NCBI GenBank assembly: GCA_016705695.1
Contig: JADJLA010000008.1
Coordinates: 2,089-66,088 of the forward strand
DNA from: Sphingobacteriaceae bacterium
GTDB lineage: Bacteria; Bacteroidota; Bacteroidia; B-17B0; Aurantibacillaceae
Direction of reading: 5' to 3'
Length of the DNA: 64,000 bases
Shown here: piece after piece, positions 1-9,781 of the stretch
Layout: every line of letters begins with the position of its first letter
Position numbering within the stretch: position 1 is the stretch's first letter
Program-made: the position numbers and the translations under genes
Notes under the pieces: generated by a model
What the model was told of the DNA's origin: nothing
Database searches by the model: none
Seen by the model: only the letters and a program-made list of their open reading frames with translations

Positions 1-1
1 T

Positions 2-1390
2 GCCACAGTAAAAGTTGATCTTGGCGAGAATACAGATATTTATATTCCGCGTTTACAATTCACCAATAATGATGGGATACTTTCGGTACAGCGTTTAAAT
101 CGTTTGCAAAATAAATTAGAATTGCTTTTTGTGGATGCAAAAAATGGTTCAGCTAAAGTGATCTACACCGATTCTGCAAAAACATATGTGGATGTTACAG
201 ATGATCTAACCTTTGTTAGCGATAAAGGATTTATTATTTCAAGTGAGCGCGATGAGTATAATCATTTATATGAATATGATCTTACAGGGAAATTGATAAA
301 ACAATTAACTAGCGGTTCTTGGGATGTAATAGCCTTTAAAGGATATGACCCAAAGTCTGGAAATCTGTTTTATACGTCTACTGAGAACGGCGCTATTAAT
401 CGTGATCTTTATTCGGTTAAATTGGATGGAAAGAACAAAAAGCGTTTAAGCACAATGACAGGCTTTAACGATGCCGGATTTATTACGGGATTTAAATATT
501 ATATTTCTTCATGGAGTGATGCCAATACACCGCCGGTTTATGAATTACGTGATGCAGAAGGTAAATCGGTTAAAATGCTTGAGAATAATATTGCTTTAAA
601 AGAAAAATTGAAAGAATATAATTTAGGAAAAAAAGAATTTTTTACTGTAAAGAATGCCGAAGGAACCGAACTGAATGGTTTTATGATAAAGCCATCAAAT
701 TTTGACGCGGGCAGAAAATATCCTGTTTACATGTATGCGTATAATGGCCCGGGAGCGAATGAGTGTAATAACAACTGGGAAGGCACAGAGTTTATGTGGC
801 ATCAATTATTAGCTCAAGAAGGTTATATTGTGGTTTGTGTGGATGGAAGAGGAACTTTAGGAAGAGGTAGGCAATTTAAGCATAGTACCTATTTGCATTT
901 GGGTAAGCACGAAACTTCTGATCAAATTGATGTGGCAAAATGGTTGGGCGAGCAGTCGTATGTTGACAAAGGACGTATTGGTTTCCAGGGTTGGAGTTAC
1001 GGTGGATATATGGCCTGTTTAATGATAACAAAGGGAGCTGAATTTATTAAAGCAGCAATTGCTGTTGCGCCGGTAACCAACTGGAAGTATTATGATAATA
1101 TTTATACCGAGCGTTTTATGCGCAAGCCAAAAGATAACAAAAAAGGATACGAAGAAAATTCGCCCGTTAATTTTGTAGATAAGATCAAACATCCGTTCCT
1201 AATAATTCATGGTTCATTTGATGATAATGTACATGTGCAAAACAGCATGGAAATGATAAAGGCTATGGTTGGTAAAAATATTCCTTTCGACATGATGGTG
1301 TATCCAAATAAAAATCATGGTATTTATGGCGGCCCAACGCGTTATCATGTGTACAATAAAATTCTGAAATTTGTAAAAGAGAATCTGTAA
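2..1390 (+). CDS. dipeptidyl-peptidase IV-like S9B serine peptidase, C-terminal part (5' end outside window)
   Basis: The frame is open from the window edge; the ORF track starts it at an internal TTG at 104. GWSYGG nucleophile elbow plus downstream FDDNVH and NHGI acid/His regions typical of DPP4-type prolyl oligopeptidases. Confidence 0.85.
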   Translation, partial: ATVKVDLGENTDIYIPRLQFTNNDGILSVQRLNRLQNKLELLFVDAKNGSAKVIYTDSAKTYVDVTDDLTFVSDKGFIISSERDEYNHLYEYDLTGKLIKQLTSGSWDVIAFKGYDPKSGNLFYTSTENGAINRDLYSVKLDGKNKKRLSTMTGFNDAGFITGFKYYISSWSDANTPPVYELRDAEGKSVKMLENNIALKEKLKEYNLGKKEFFTVKNAEGTELNGFMIKPSNFDAGRKYPVYMYAYNGPGANECNNNWEGTEFMWHQLLAQEGYIVVCVDGRGTLGRGRQFKHSTYLHLGKHETSDQIDVAKWLGEQSYVDKGRIGFQGWSYGGYMACLMITKGAEFIKAAIAVAPVTNWKYYDNIYTERFMRKPKDNKKGYEENSPVNFVDKIKHPFLIIHGSFDDNVHVQNSMEMIKAMVGKNIPFDMMVYPNKNHGIYGGPTRYHVYNKILKFVKENL

Positions 1391-1391
1391 A

Positions 1392-2087
1392 GTGTCTAAA
1401 AAAAAGCTGATCATATTTAGTGGCGCAGGAATGAGCGCCGAAAGCGGGATCAAAACATTTCGCGACAGTGGTGGCTTATGGGAAGAATACAAGGTTGAGG
1501 ACGTTGCAACATTAGAGGCTTGGGAGAAGAATCAAAAGTTGGTAACCGAATTTTACAATCAACGAAGAAAACAAGTAATGGAAGCGCAACCAAACGAAGC
1601 GCATAAAATTATTGCCGATCTTCAAAAAACATTTGATGTAACTGTTATCACCCAAAACGTTGATAATTTGCACGAAAGAGCAGGGAGCAAGAACGTGATC
1701 CATTTACATGGCGAAATTGTAAAAGCGCAAAGTTCTATCGACCCGTCAAAAATTTATAATTTAAAAAATTGGGAAATTAAAATTGGTGATACTTGCGAAT
1801 TGGGTTCGCAATTGCGTCCTTATATTGTTTGGTTTGGTGAAATGGTACCCATGATGGAGCCCGCCATTGATATGGTTGGTAAAGCCGATCTGTTCACCGT
1901 AATCGGAACATCACTAAACGTTTATCCTGCAGCAGGATTAGTAAATTACACACCAAGCGCAATCCCAAAGTGGTTAGTTGATCCGGGCGATTTTAATTTA
2001 GAGCATATTCAAAATATTGAGCACATCAAAGAAACCGCGGTGAATGGAATGAAGAAACTGCAAGATGTTTTAATGAAACTGAAGTAA
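1392..2087 (+). CDS. cobB: NAD-dependent protein deacylase (Sir2/CobB family sirtuin)
   Basis: GAGMSAESGIKTFRD and QNVDNLHERAG motifs, about 230 aa. GTG start 1 nt after the upstream stop. Confidence 0.85.
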   Translation: MSKKKLIIFSGAGMSAESGIKTFRDSGGLWEEYKVEDVATLEAWEKNQKLVTEFYNQRRKQVMEAQPNEAHKIIADLQKTFDVTVITQNVDNLHERAGSKNVIHLHGEIVKAQSSIDPSKIYNLKNWEIKIGDTCELGSQLRPYIVWFGEMVPMMEPAIDMVGKADLFTVIGTSLNVYPAAGLVNYTPSAIPKWLVDPGDFNLEHIQNIEHIKETAVNGMKKLQDVLMKLK

Positions 2088-2107
2088 AGATCGGTATGGA
2101 TCATTTT

Positions 2108-3385
2108 TTAATGAAGTAGTATCACTGTTCCAACACCGGCTGCGAAACCTGCAAGCGCCAACCAACTCATTTTTTTGAGATACCACATAAATGTAATTTT
2201 TTCTAATCCCATTACTGCAACACCGGCTGCCGAACCAATAATAAGTGCGCTTCCACCGGTGCCGGTTGTAAATGCAAGGAGTTCCCAAAATGTATGATCG
2301 GTTGGATATTGTTCTAACGAGTACATTCCAATAGAAGCTGCAACTAAAGGAACGTTATCTACAACCGCGCTTATTAATCCTAAGCAAACGGCAATTGATC
2401 TTTCGTTACCAAGTGTTTCGTTAAAGCTTTGTGCCATTTGATTTAAGAGGCCTGTGTTTTGTAGAACAGAAATGGAAAGCAAGATGCCAAGAAAAAATAA
2501 AATGCTCGATGTGTCAATTTTTTCCAATGCATGCATTACACTGTAAATGCTTTTTTCTTCTTCGTTCTTCTTTTTGTGGAGTAAACTGGTTACGATCCAT
2601 AATATCCCAACGCCAAATAGTATCCCCATAAATGGAGGTAAGTGCGTGATGGTTTTAAATACCGGAACAAAAAGCAAAACGCCAATACCTGAGTAAAATA
2701 CAATATTTCGTTCTATTCCTAGTCCATGATTTGTTTTTATGCTTGTTTTCATAGGATTATCGGGTAAATTTCCTTTTAAGCTTGGACTGATCAGCAACAA
2801 GGGCACAATTAAACATATTAGCGATGGTAATATCAAAATACTGATGATACCACCGGCGGTGATCTGTCCGCCTATCCAAAGCATGGTTGTAGTTACATCT
2901 CCTATGGGCGACCAAGCTCCTCCAGCATTTGAGGAGATAACAATTAAGCCGATGTATTTTAATCGCGTTTCTGATTCAGGAATAATTTTCCGTACGAGTG
3001 ATGTCATTACAATGGCTGTTGTAAGATTGTCTAATGCTGCCGAAAGAAAGAATGATAACAATGAAATGATCCAAGCGAGTTTTAAAATACTTTTTGTTTT
3101 GATAAGCTTTGTAACTATTTCAAATCCGTCGTGCGCATCAATTAACTCAACAATGGTCATAGCGCCCATCAAAAAGAATAAGATCCCCGAGATCTCACCT
3201 AAATTTTCGGTGAGTGCTTCTGCAATGTGATGTTGATCTCCGGTTGTTGCTGAGCTTAGAGTGTAAACTACCCATAATACTACGCCTGTTAGTAATGCCG
3301 AAGCGGCTTTATTTATCCCCACAGAATGTTCTATGGCTATAAATAAGTAGCCTATTATAAAAATAACTATGATTGCAGTGATCAT
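2108..3385 (-). CDS. NhaD/ArsB-superfamily ion transporter (putative Na+/H+ antiporter NhaD)
   Basis: 425-aa polytopic membrane protein. Hydrophobic repeats and length fit the NhaD/ArsB permease fold. Family assigned from memory of similar sequences. Confidence 0.65.
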   Translation of the reverse strand: MITAIIVIFIIGYLFIAIEHSVGINKAASALLTGVVLWVVYTLSSATTGDQHHIAEALTENLGEISGILFFLMGAMTIVELIDAHDGFEIVTKLIKTKSILKLAWIISLLSFFLSAALDNLTTAIVMTSLVRKIIPESETRLKYIGLIVISSNAGGAWSPIGDVTTTMLWIGGQITAGGIISILILPSLICLIVPLLLISPSLKGNLPDNPMKTSIKTNHGLGIERNIVFYSGIGVLLFVPVFKTITHLPPFMGILFGVGILWIVTSLLHKKKNEEEKSIYSVMHALEKIDTSSILFFLGILLSISVLQNTGLLNQMAQSFNETLGNERSIAVCLGLISAVVDNVPLVAASIGMYSLEQYPTDHTFWELLAFTTGTGGSALIIGSAAGVAVMGLEKITFMWYLKKMSWLALAGFAAGVGTVILLH

Positions 3386-3477
3386 TATAAATGACTAAAG
3401 TTAATCATATTTATGAGCATGTAAAGCGAAATAAATTTAGAAAACGAAACTCACGTGGTTCATTTTCATATTGAGAT

Positions 3478-4299
3478 CTACTGTGGCTTATAGTACTTCT
3501 TAGCCTCAGGCATGAATTTCTTAAGATCAGCAATACGACGCTCATCACTAGGGTGTGTGCTTAATAACTCCGGCGGTTTTTGTCCACCACCCGCTGCCAT
3601 TCGTTCCCAAAATGCAATAGCTGCTTCAGGATCGTAACCTGCCATAGCGGCAAAGATCAAACCCATTTTATCAGCTTCTGATTCGTGTTTGCGGCTGTAT
3701 TTTAATACCGTGATTCCGGTACTAATACCATATGATTGTAAAAAAAGATCATGAACAATGGCAGGTTTTTGCGATAAAGCTACCGATAGCATAGCTCCTC
3801 CAAATTGTACCAATAATCCCTGACTCATACGTTGATTACCGTGACGCGCAACGGCGTGTGCAACTTCGTGCCCCATAACAACCGCTAATCCATTCTCATC
3901 TTGCGTTACAGGTAATATTCCTGTATAAAAAACTACTTTCCCTCCAGGCATACACCAGGCGTTAATGGTTGCTTCGTCAACAACATTGAACTCCCATTTG
4001 TAATTGCTTAACTCTTGCGCTAACCCCTTTTGTTTATAGTATTGTTCAACTGCTTTTTTAATTCGCTCACCGCAACCTCTTACCATTTGTACACGACTAT
4101 CGGATTCGTGCATCGGTGGATGCTCTGCTAAAAATTTACCATATTCCTGCGAGCTCATTTGCATCAGATGTGCTTCAGGTACAAGATTTAATCCAACGCG
4201 ACCTGTAACTGCATTTTTGTGGCAGCCGTAAAAAAACATTCCGCTCAACAGAACGCATGCTGTTATTATTCTTTTTAAATAAGGCATATTAACTCGCAT
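3478..4299 (-). CDS. M48-family zinc metallopeptidase lipoprotein
   Basis: HEVAHAV zinc motif, Ste24/HtpX-like fold length, N-terminal signal with FFYGC lipobox. An alternative ATG at 4287 would start 1 nt after the clpS stop. Confidence 0.8.
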   Translation of the reverse strand: MRVNMPYLKRIITACVLLSGMFFYGCHKNAVTGRVGLNLVPEAHLMQMSSQEYGKFLAEHPPMHESDSRVQMVRGCGERIKKAVEQYYKQKGLAQELSNYKWEFNVVDEATINAWCMPGGKVVFYTGILPVTQDENGLAVVMGHEVAHAVARHGNQRMSQGLLVQFGGAMLSVALSQKPAIVHDLFLQSYGISTGITVLKYSRKHESEADKMGLIFAAMAGYDPEAAIAFWERMAAGGGQKPPELLSTHPSDERRIADLKKFMPEAKKYYKPQ

Positions 4300-4576
4300 A
4301 TTCGATCTTTGCAGTTAGTCCTTTTTCTAAAATGGCTTCGCAAATTGGTTTCAGTTGTTTGTACGAACCGTTCTTAACGGCGCATTGTCCTTTATAATGA
4401 ATAAGGTAAGTGCACTGCACTGCTTGCTCAGGCTCGTGTCCGCAATATTTCATTAATGTTTCAATTACAAAATCAAACGTATTGAAATCATCGTTATATA
4501 CAACAAGCGCTCTTTGTTTTTGCTCTACAACTAAAACATCTTTTTGTTCCTGTATTTCTGTATCAAACAAATTCAT
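4289..4576 (-). CDS. clpS: ATP-dependent Clp protease adaptor ClpS
   Basis: 95 aa. Core VVYNDDFNTFDFV...QAVQCTYLIH matches the ClpS fold signature. Confidence 0.85.
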   Translation of the reverse strand: MNLFDTEIQEQKDVLVVEQKQRALVVYNDDFNTFDFVIETLMKYCGHEPEQAVQCTYLIHYKGQCAVKNGSYKQLKPICEAILEKGLTAKIEYAS

Positions 4577-4599
4577 ATCACAAATTTATAAAATTTAAA

Positions 4600-5847
4600 C
4601 TACTTCGCCGGAAGCAATGTACCGGTGCATTCGCCAAAGCCAACACGCATTCCGTCTTTTTTACAATAACCTTTAATGGTAACAGTATCATTATCGTTAA
4701 TGAATTTACGTTCGCTACCATCTTTTAATTTAATGGGCTTAGTTCCGCGCCAGGTTAATTCCATCATACTGCCAAACTCCCCGGGTTGCGGACCGCTAAT
4801 TGTACCGCTCGCCATCATGTCGCCAACATTAATATTACAGCCATTAACTGTGTGATGTGCCAGTTGTTGTTCCATGGTGTAATACATGTATTTGTAATTA
4901 CTTCCAATGATATGAGTTTCCTCACCATTTTGTGGCTTAATATAAACATCCAAATGAATATCTAAATTTCTATCGCCTTTGTATTGTAAGTAGGGTAGGA
5001 GTGGAGGATCTTGCACATAACCTTTTACTCTAAAAGGTTCTAATGCTTCCAACGTAACGATCCATGGAGAAACAGTGCTGGCAAAATTCTTTGCTAAAAA
5101 TGGCCCTAGCGGAACATACTCCCAAGTTTGAATATCACGAGCACTCCAGTCGTTGAATAATACCATTCCAAAAATATGATCGTCGGCTTTATCAGTACTA
5201 ACTGTATCGCCCATTTGTGTTTGTTTACCAATAACAAAAGCAGTTTCTAATTCAATATCTAATAATTTACTTGGACCATAAACCGGAACTTCAGCGTCGG
5301 CAGGTTTTTGTTGACCCTTTGGACGATAAAAACTATGTCCGCTTACGCAAATACTACTTGCTCTACCATGATAACCTACAGGTAAATGTTTCCAGTTTGG
5401 CATCAATGCATTTTTTGGATCACGGATCATGGTGCCAATATTTGTGGCGTGATCAATGCTGCTGTAAAAATCGGTGTAATCGCCAACCTTTACGGGCATA
5501 AGCATTTTTACAGCACTTTGTTTTTTGAATACTTTTCCAAAAAACGAAGTGTCTGATTTTAAAAATGAACTGTCATCGCAAAGGATCTCTTGCAGCTTCG
5601 CACGAACTTTATTGGTTGTTGGTTTTCCTAAGGAGATAAAATCGTTTAGGCTTTCTCTTTCAAATACGGAACGATTGATATCAAAAACATCTCTGCTTTC
5701 TAATTCGAACAGATCGATGATGTATTCGCCAATGGCGCTACACACGCGATGTTTTACATTAGCATCACTATAAATTCCAAAGGGAATATTGTAAATAGAA
5801 AAATCAGAATCTTCTTTATCGGGTATCCAGGTATTTAATTTTTTCAT
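4600..5847 (-). CDS. fahA: fumarylacetoacetase
   Basis: 415 aa. N-terminal FAH_N-like region (IPFGIY) and C-terminal FAH-fold domain. Length and motifs fit fumarylacetoacetate hydrolase. Confidence 0.8.
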   Translation of the reverse strand: MKKLNTWIPDKEDSDFSIYNIPFGIYSDANVKHRVCSAIGEYIIDLFELESRDVFDINRSVFERESLNDFISLGKPTTNKVRAKLQEILCDDSSFLKSDTSFFGKVFKKQSAVKMLMPVKVGDYTDFYSSIDHATNIGTMIRDPKNALMPNWKHLPVGYHGRASSICVSGHSFYRPKGQQKPADAEVPVYGPSKLLDIELETAFVIGKQTQMGDTVSTDKADDHIFGMVLFNDWSARDIQTWEYVPLGPFLAKNFASTVSPWIVTLEALEPFRVKGYVQDPPLLPYLQYKGDRNLDIHLDVYIKPQNGEETHIIGSNYKYMYYTMEQQLAHHTVNGCNINVGDMMASGTISGPQPGEFGSMMELTWRGTKPIKLKDGSERKFINDNDTVTIKGYCKKDGMRVGFGECTGTLLPAK

Positions 5848-5848
5848 A

Positions 5849-6352
5849 TTATATTCTTCTTGAAAGAATGTTTGATTTTAGATCTTCTAATATTTGTTTT
5901 TGTCCGCTCTTGCAATCCTCTATCATTAAAATGGCTCTTGTAAGTATTTCTTCATCTCTTACGTTCTCAATATTTTCAGCGGCTGTGTATGCTTCCAGTG
6001 CAACTTGAAAATCAGGATCGCAGGCTTGTTCAATAAAGAATAAAAAGTGTTCCATAAAATCCAATCCGCTTTCCCAGCAAATGCATAATAATTTCGCGCG
6101 ATCTTCATCGTTCTCTGCTTCAACAACTGCTTTAATGATTAAATGATGTAGCTTATTGTCTTTTACAATTGCTAGTTTGGTTTCTTTATCTTCGCGGGTG
6201 ATCTCAGGGTCTAAAAGACCAATGAGCACGTCAATGTCTTTTTCTTTATACTGTTCTTTACCATTATTTAATGCAATGGTAAGCGTATTGTAGTTATCCT
6301 TATCAAAGAATTTCTTAGGATCTAAAGCTCCATCGTCCAACAACTCTTTCAT
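5849..6352 (-). CDS. hypothetical acidic helical protein
   Basis: 167-aa ORF, 8 nt downstream of moxR and 1 nt upstream of fahA on the same strand. No motif recognised. Confidence 0.6.
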   Translation of the reverse strand: MKELLDDGALDPKKFFDKDNYNTLTIALNNGKEQYKEKDIDVLIGLLDPEITREDKETKLAIVKDNKLHHLIIKAVVEAENDEDRAKLLCICWESGLDFMEHFLFFIEQACDPDFQVALEAYTAAENIENVRDEEILTRAILMIEDCKSGQKQILEDLKSNILSRRI

Positions 6353-6360
6353 TTCTTTTA

Positions 6361-7323
6361 TTATAATAATTGTTTAATGATCTCTTCAATGGCAATACCT
6401 TCTGCTTCGGCTTTGTAATTTTTCACAATACGGTGACGTAGAATCGGAGTTGCAATGGCTTTTACATCTTCAATATCAGGACTAAATTTTCCATTTATAG
6501 CAGCATGACATTTGGCGCCAATAATTAAATATTGCGAAGCACGCGGACCTGCACCCCACGATAGATATTTTTTTGCCACATCAGAACTGAACTCCGAATT
6601 TAAACGTGTTTTATTTACCAAACGTACAGCGTATTCGATCACATTATCGGCAACAGGAATTTTACGAATTAAATTTTGGAAGTAAGTAATTTCCTCTGCA
6701 GAAAGGATATGTTTTAGTTTAACGTTTTGTGTTGTAGTTGTTTGTTTCACAACCTGCATCTCTTCTTTAAAAGAAGGATAATCCAACCAAATATTGAACA
6801 TAAAACGGTCTAATTGAGCTTCAGGCAAAGGGTAAGTTCCTTCTTGCTCAATTGGGTTTTGTGTTGCTAGTACAAAGAAAGGTTTATCTAGATCATATCT
6901 TTTCCCTGAAGTAGTAACTTGTCTTTCTTGCATGGCTTCCAATAAAGCCGCTTGTGTTTTTGGCGGAGTACGATTGATCTCATCAGCCAAAATTATATTG
7001 GCAAAAATGGGGCCTTTAATGAACTTGAAATTTCTGCTTTCATCCAATACCTCACTACCAATAATATCGCTTGGCATAAGATCGGGTGTGAACTGAATAC
7101 GATTGAAACTTAATCCCAATGCATCTGAAATGGTGCTTACCAATAAAGTTTTTGCTAATCCCGGAACACCAACCAACAAACAATGCCCATTACTAAAAAT
7201 GGAAATGAGCACGTTTTTAATGGTGTCCTCTTGTCCAACAATTACCTTGGCTATCTCTTTATTTAATTCGTTGTATTTTGCAACAAATGCTTGAATGGCT
7301 TCGGTATCGCTTTTAAATTCCAT
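6361..7323 (-). CDS. moxR: MoxR-family AAA+ ATPase
   Basis: 320 aa. Walker A GVPGLAKT, Walker B LADEINR, AAA_3/MoxR-type C-terminal lid. Confidence 0.85.
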   Translation of the reverse strand: MEFKSDTEAIQAFVAKYNELNKEIAKVIVGQEDTIKNVLISIFSNGHCLLVGVPGLAKTLLVSTISDALGLSFNRIQFTPDLMPSDIIGSEVLDESRNFKFIKGPIFANIILADEINRTPPKTQAALLEAMQERQVTTSGKRYDLDKPFFVLATQNPIEQEGTYPLPEAQLDRFMFNIWLDYPSFKEEMQVVKQTTTTQNVKLKHILSAEEITYFQNLIRKIPVADNVIEYAVRLVNKTRLNSEFSSDVAKKYLSWGAGPRASQYLIIGAKCHAAINGKFSPDIEDVKAIATPILRHRIVKNYKAEAEGIAIEEIIKQLL

Positions 7324-7417
7324 AACAAAAATTAGACTCCTAATTTAATAAATTTAAAGGCATGAAATGAAGAAATAATGCTTAATAAATGTTATTAGGA
7401 TGAACGGGAGATTACAT

Positions 7418-7440
7418 AAAAAAGCCCGAATGATCGGGCC
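7418..7440 (-). terminator. intrinsic terminator after the acyl-CoA dehydrogenase gene
   Basis: Hairpin gcccga-atga-tcgggc followed, on the minus strand, by a run of six T. Confidence 0.75.
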
Positions 7441-7446
7441 TTTTCT

Positions 7447-8589
7447 TTAGTCTTTTAACAGCTCTCTGGCTATCACCAGTTTTTGTATCTCGCTAGTGCC
7501 TTCGCCAATAGTGCAAAGCTTACTATCACGGTAGAATTTCTCTACCGGAAAATCTTTTGTATAGCCATAACCACCAAAAATTTGTACAGCCTCTGTGCTA
7601 ACTCTTACGGCAACTTCGCTAGCATAATATTTAGCATAGGCACTTTCTTTGGTCATTTTTTTGTGCTTGTTCTTTAGGTCTGCGGCCTGAAAAGTTAATA
7701 GTTCTGCAGCCTCATATTCTGTTGCCATGTCTGCCAACTTAAATGCAATTGCTTGGAAATTTGCAATTGGTTGACCAAATTGTTGGCGCTCTTTCGCATA
7801 TTTAATACTCGCATTTAAAGCTCCCTTTGCAATCCCTAAGCTTAATGCAGCAATACTTATACGGCCGCCATCCAGTACTTTCATAGCTTGAACAAATCCG
7901 TCACCCACGTTCCCTAATACTTGTGATTTGTGTACGCGGCAATTTTCAAATATTAACTCAGCAGTTTCGCTGGCACGCATACCTAATTTATTTTCTTTTT
8001 TACCGCCTTTAAATCCGGGAGTAGTGCGTTCAATTATAAATGCAGTAATTCCATGACTATCTAATAATTCGCCGGTGCGAACTAAAACAACAGCAACATT
8101 TCCTGTAATACCATGTGTGATCCAGTTTTTTGTACCATTGATCACCCAATAGTCTCCATCTTGTTTTGCAACACACTGCATGCGCATAGCATCACTTCCT
8201 GTGTTTGCTTCTGTTAATCCCCAAGCACCGATCCATTCAGCCGATGCTAATTTTGGTAAATATTTTTTCTTTTGCTCTTCGTTACCAAATGCCAAAATGT
8301 GTCCTGTACACAAACTATTGTGAGCAGCCATTGATAAAGCAATAGAACCACAAATACTTCCAAGTTCTGTAATAGCTGTTACATATTCAGTATAGCTAAA
8401 ACCTGATCCGCCATATTCGGTTGGAACAAGTACACCCATTAATCCAAGTTCTCCCAGTTTTTTAAAAACTTCTATTGGAAATTCCTGACTTTCGTCCCAT
8501 TCCATCATTTTAGGATAGATATGATCTTTTCCGAATTTGCGTATCATATCAGCGATGGCCACTTGGTTCTCGCTTAATTGAAAATTCAT
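7447..8589 (-). CDS. acyl-CoA dehydrogenase
   Basis: Full-length ACAD fold with C-terminal GGYGY..DFPVEKFYRD..TIGEGTSEIQ. Start set at MNFQLSENQ, the typical ACAD N-terminus. The ORF track start at 8622 would overlap apt by 19 nt. Confidence 0.85.
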   Translation of the reverse strand: MNFQLSENQVAIADMIRKFGKDHIYPKMMEWDESQEFPIEVFKKLGELGLMGVLVPTEYGGSGFSYTEYVTAITELGSICGSIALSMAAHNSLCTGHILAFGNEEQKKKYLPKLASAEWIGAWGLTEANTGSDAMRMQCVAKQDGDYWVINGTKNWITHGITGNVAVVLVRTGELLDSHGITAFIIERTTPGFKGGKKENKLGMRASETAELIFENCRVHKSQVLGNVGDGFVQAMKVLDGGRISIAALSLGIAKGALNASIKYAKERQQFGQPIANFQAIAFKLADMATEYEAAELLTFQAADLKNKHKKMTKESAYAKYYASEVAVRVSTEAVQIFGGYGYTKDFPVEKFYRDSKLCTIGEGTSEIQKLVIARELLKD

Positions 8590-8603
8590 TCCTACTTGTG
8601 TAT

Positions 8604-9131
8604 CTAATAATTGACCAGACATATTATATTTTTTGAATGTTTAATTAGTTTTTCTTTTCCGTTTAAAAAATCAAGGCCTACTACAAAGTTAAAACCTATC
8701 ACCTTAGCGCCAATTTGTTTTACTAGTTGCGATGCTGCTTCTGCTGTTCCTCCGGTTGCTAAAAGATCGTCGTGAATGATCACATTCCAATCTTTTTTTA
8801 GAGCATCCTCATGAATTTCTATTTTTGAGGTACCATACTCCAGATCGTATTCAAAGCCTATCTTTTTATATGGCAATTTACCTGCTTTTCTTAATAAAAC
8901 AAAGGGTTTATTCAACTTATTTGCCATTAAAAACCCAAATAAGAAGCCTCTGCTTTCAATTCCTATTATTGCGTCGGGTATTACAGTCATTTGCCCTATG
9001 AAGCCATCAACAATTTTCGAGCAAAGTTCTTGATCGTAAAAAAGAGGGGTAATGTCTTTAAAAACAATGCCCGGTTTAGGAAAATCGGGCACATCTCTAA
9101 TGCTTTGTTTTATCTCAGAGGCAAGACTCAC
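8604..9131 (-). CDS. apt: adenine phosphoribosyltransferase
   Basis: 175 aa. DFPKPGIVFKDITPL N-terminus and PRPP loop VIIHDDLLATGGT. GTGA start/stop overlap with the upstream gene. Confidence 0.9.
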   Translation of the reverse strand: MSLASEIKQSIRDVPDFPKPGIVFKDITPLFYDQELCSKIVDGFIGQMTVIPDAIIGIESRGFLFGFLMANKLNKPFVLLRKAGKLPYKKIGFEYDLEYGTSKIEIHEDALKKDWNVIIHDDLLATGGTAEAASQLVKQIGAKVIGFNFVVGLDFLNGKEKLIKHSKNIICLVNY

Positions 9132-9748
9132 GATTTTTTTCGGTTGTTGAGTTCGTCTCTGATCTTAGAGGCTAATTCGTATTTCTCTTCGTCTAATGCG
9201 TTTTGTAAAAGACCTTTTAACTCTTCGGTACTCTTGCTTTTATATTCGCCTTTTTCTCCTGAAGTAGCAACTTCTTTTGATTTTGGTTTGGTCTCTGCTT
9301 TGGCCTCAGCTTCTTGCTCGGGTGGAGTAGAGCTTTCGTCATCCAGCACAATCCCTGCGCTTTTTAAAATAAATTCGTAAGTATAAATTGGGCACTTAAA
9401 ACGAATAGCTAAAGCAATCGCATCGCTAGTGCGGGCATCAATTTCTACATCACGACTTCCATCATTACATAAAAGTTTAGCGTAAAAAATTCCTTCCACT
9501 AAATTGTAAATAAGAACCTCGGTAACATTAATATCAAACACTTCGGCAAACGAACGGAATAGATCGTGAGTTAAAGGACGGCTAGGGCTCATTTTTTCGA
9601 GCTCAATAGCTATTGCTTGTGCCTCAAAACCTCCAATAATAATAGGTAAACGCCTACTTCCGGCACTTTCTCCCAAAACTAGGGCATAAGCCCCGCTTTG
9701 TGTTTGGCTGTAACTCAATCCAACTATTTCTAACTGCACCTTTTTCAT
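9128..9748 (-). CDS. bifunctional nuclease family protein (DUF151) with C-terminal UVR motif
   Basis: PIIIGGFEAQAIAIEL...RPLTHDL core typical of DUF151, acidic linker, UvrB/C-like EEKYELASKIRDEL tail. Confidence 0.75.
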   Translation of the reverse strand: MKKVQLEIVGLSYSQTQSGAYALVLGESAGSRRLPIIIGGFEAQAIAIELEKMSPSRPLTHDLFRSFAEVFDINVTEVLIYNLVEGIFYAKLLCNDGSRDVEIDARTSDAIALAIRFKCPIYTYEFILKSAGIVLDDESSTPPEQEAEAKAETKPKSKEVATSGEKGEYKSKSTEELKGLLQNALDEEKYELASKIRDELNNRKKS

Positions 9749-9781
9749 TTGAAAGTGTCTAATTTAAGAAAAAAAATTGAG

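Noticed and set aside
1392-2087. Sir2-domain gene as a defence (Thoeris/DSR-like) effector
   Set aside because: It is a compact 231-aa protein with canonical CobB sirtuin motifs, has no fused sensor domain or partner gene, and sits in a housekeeping context.
2739-3230. 163-aa ORF antisense to the NhaD-like transporter
   Set aside because: It is the mirror frame of a membrane-protein gene and has no independent signals. The sense strand has the clear transporter signature.
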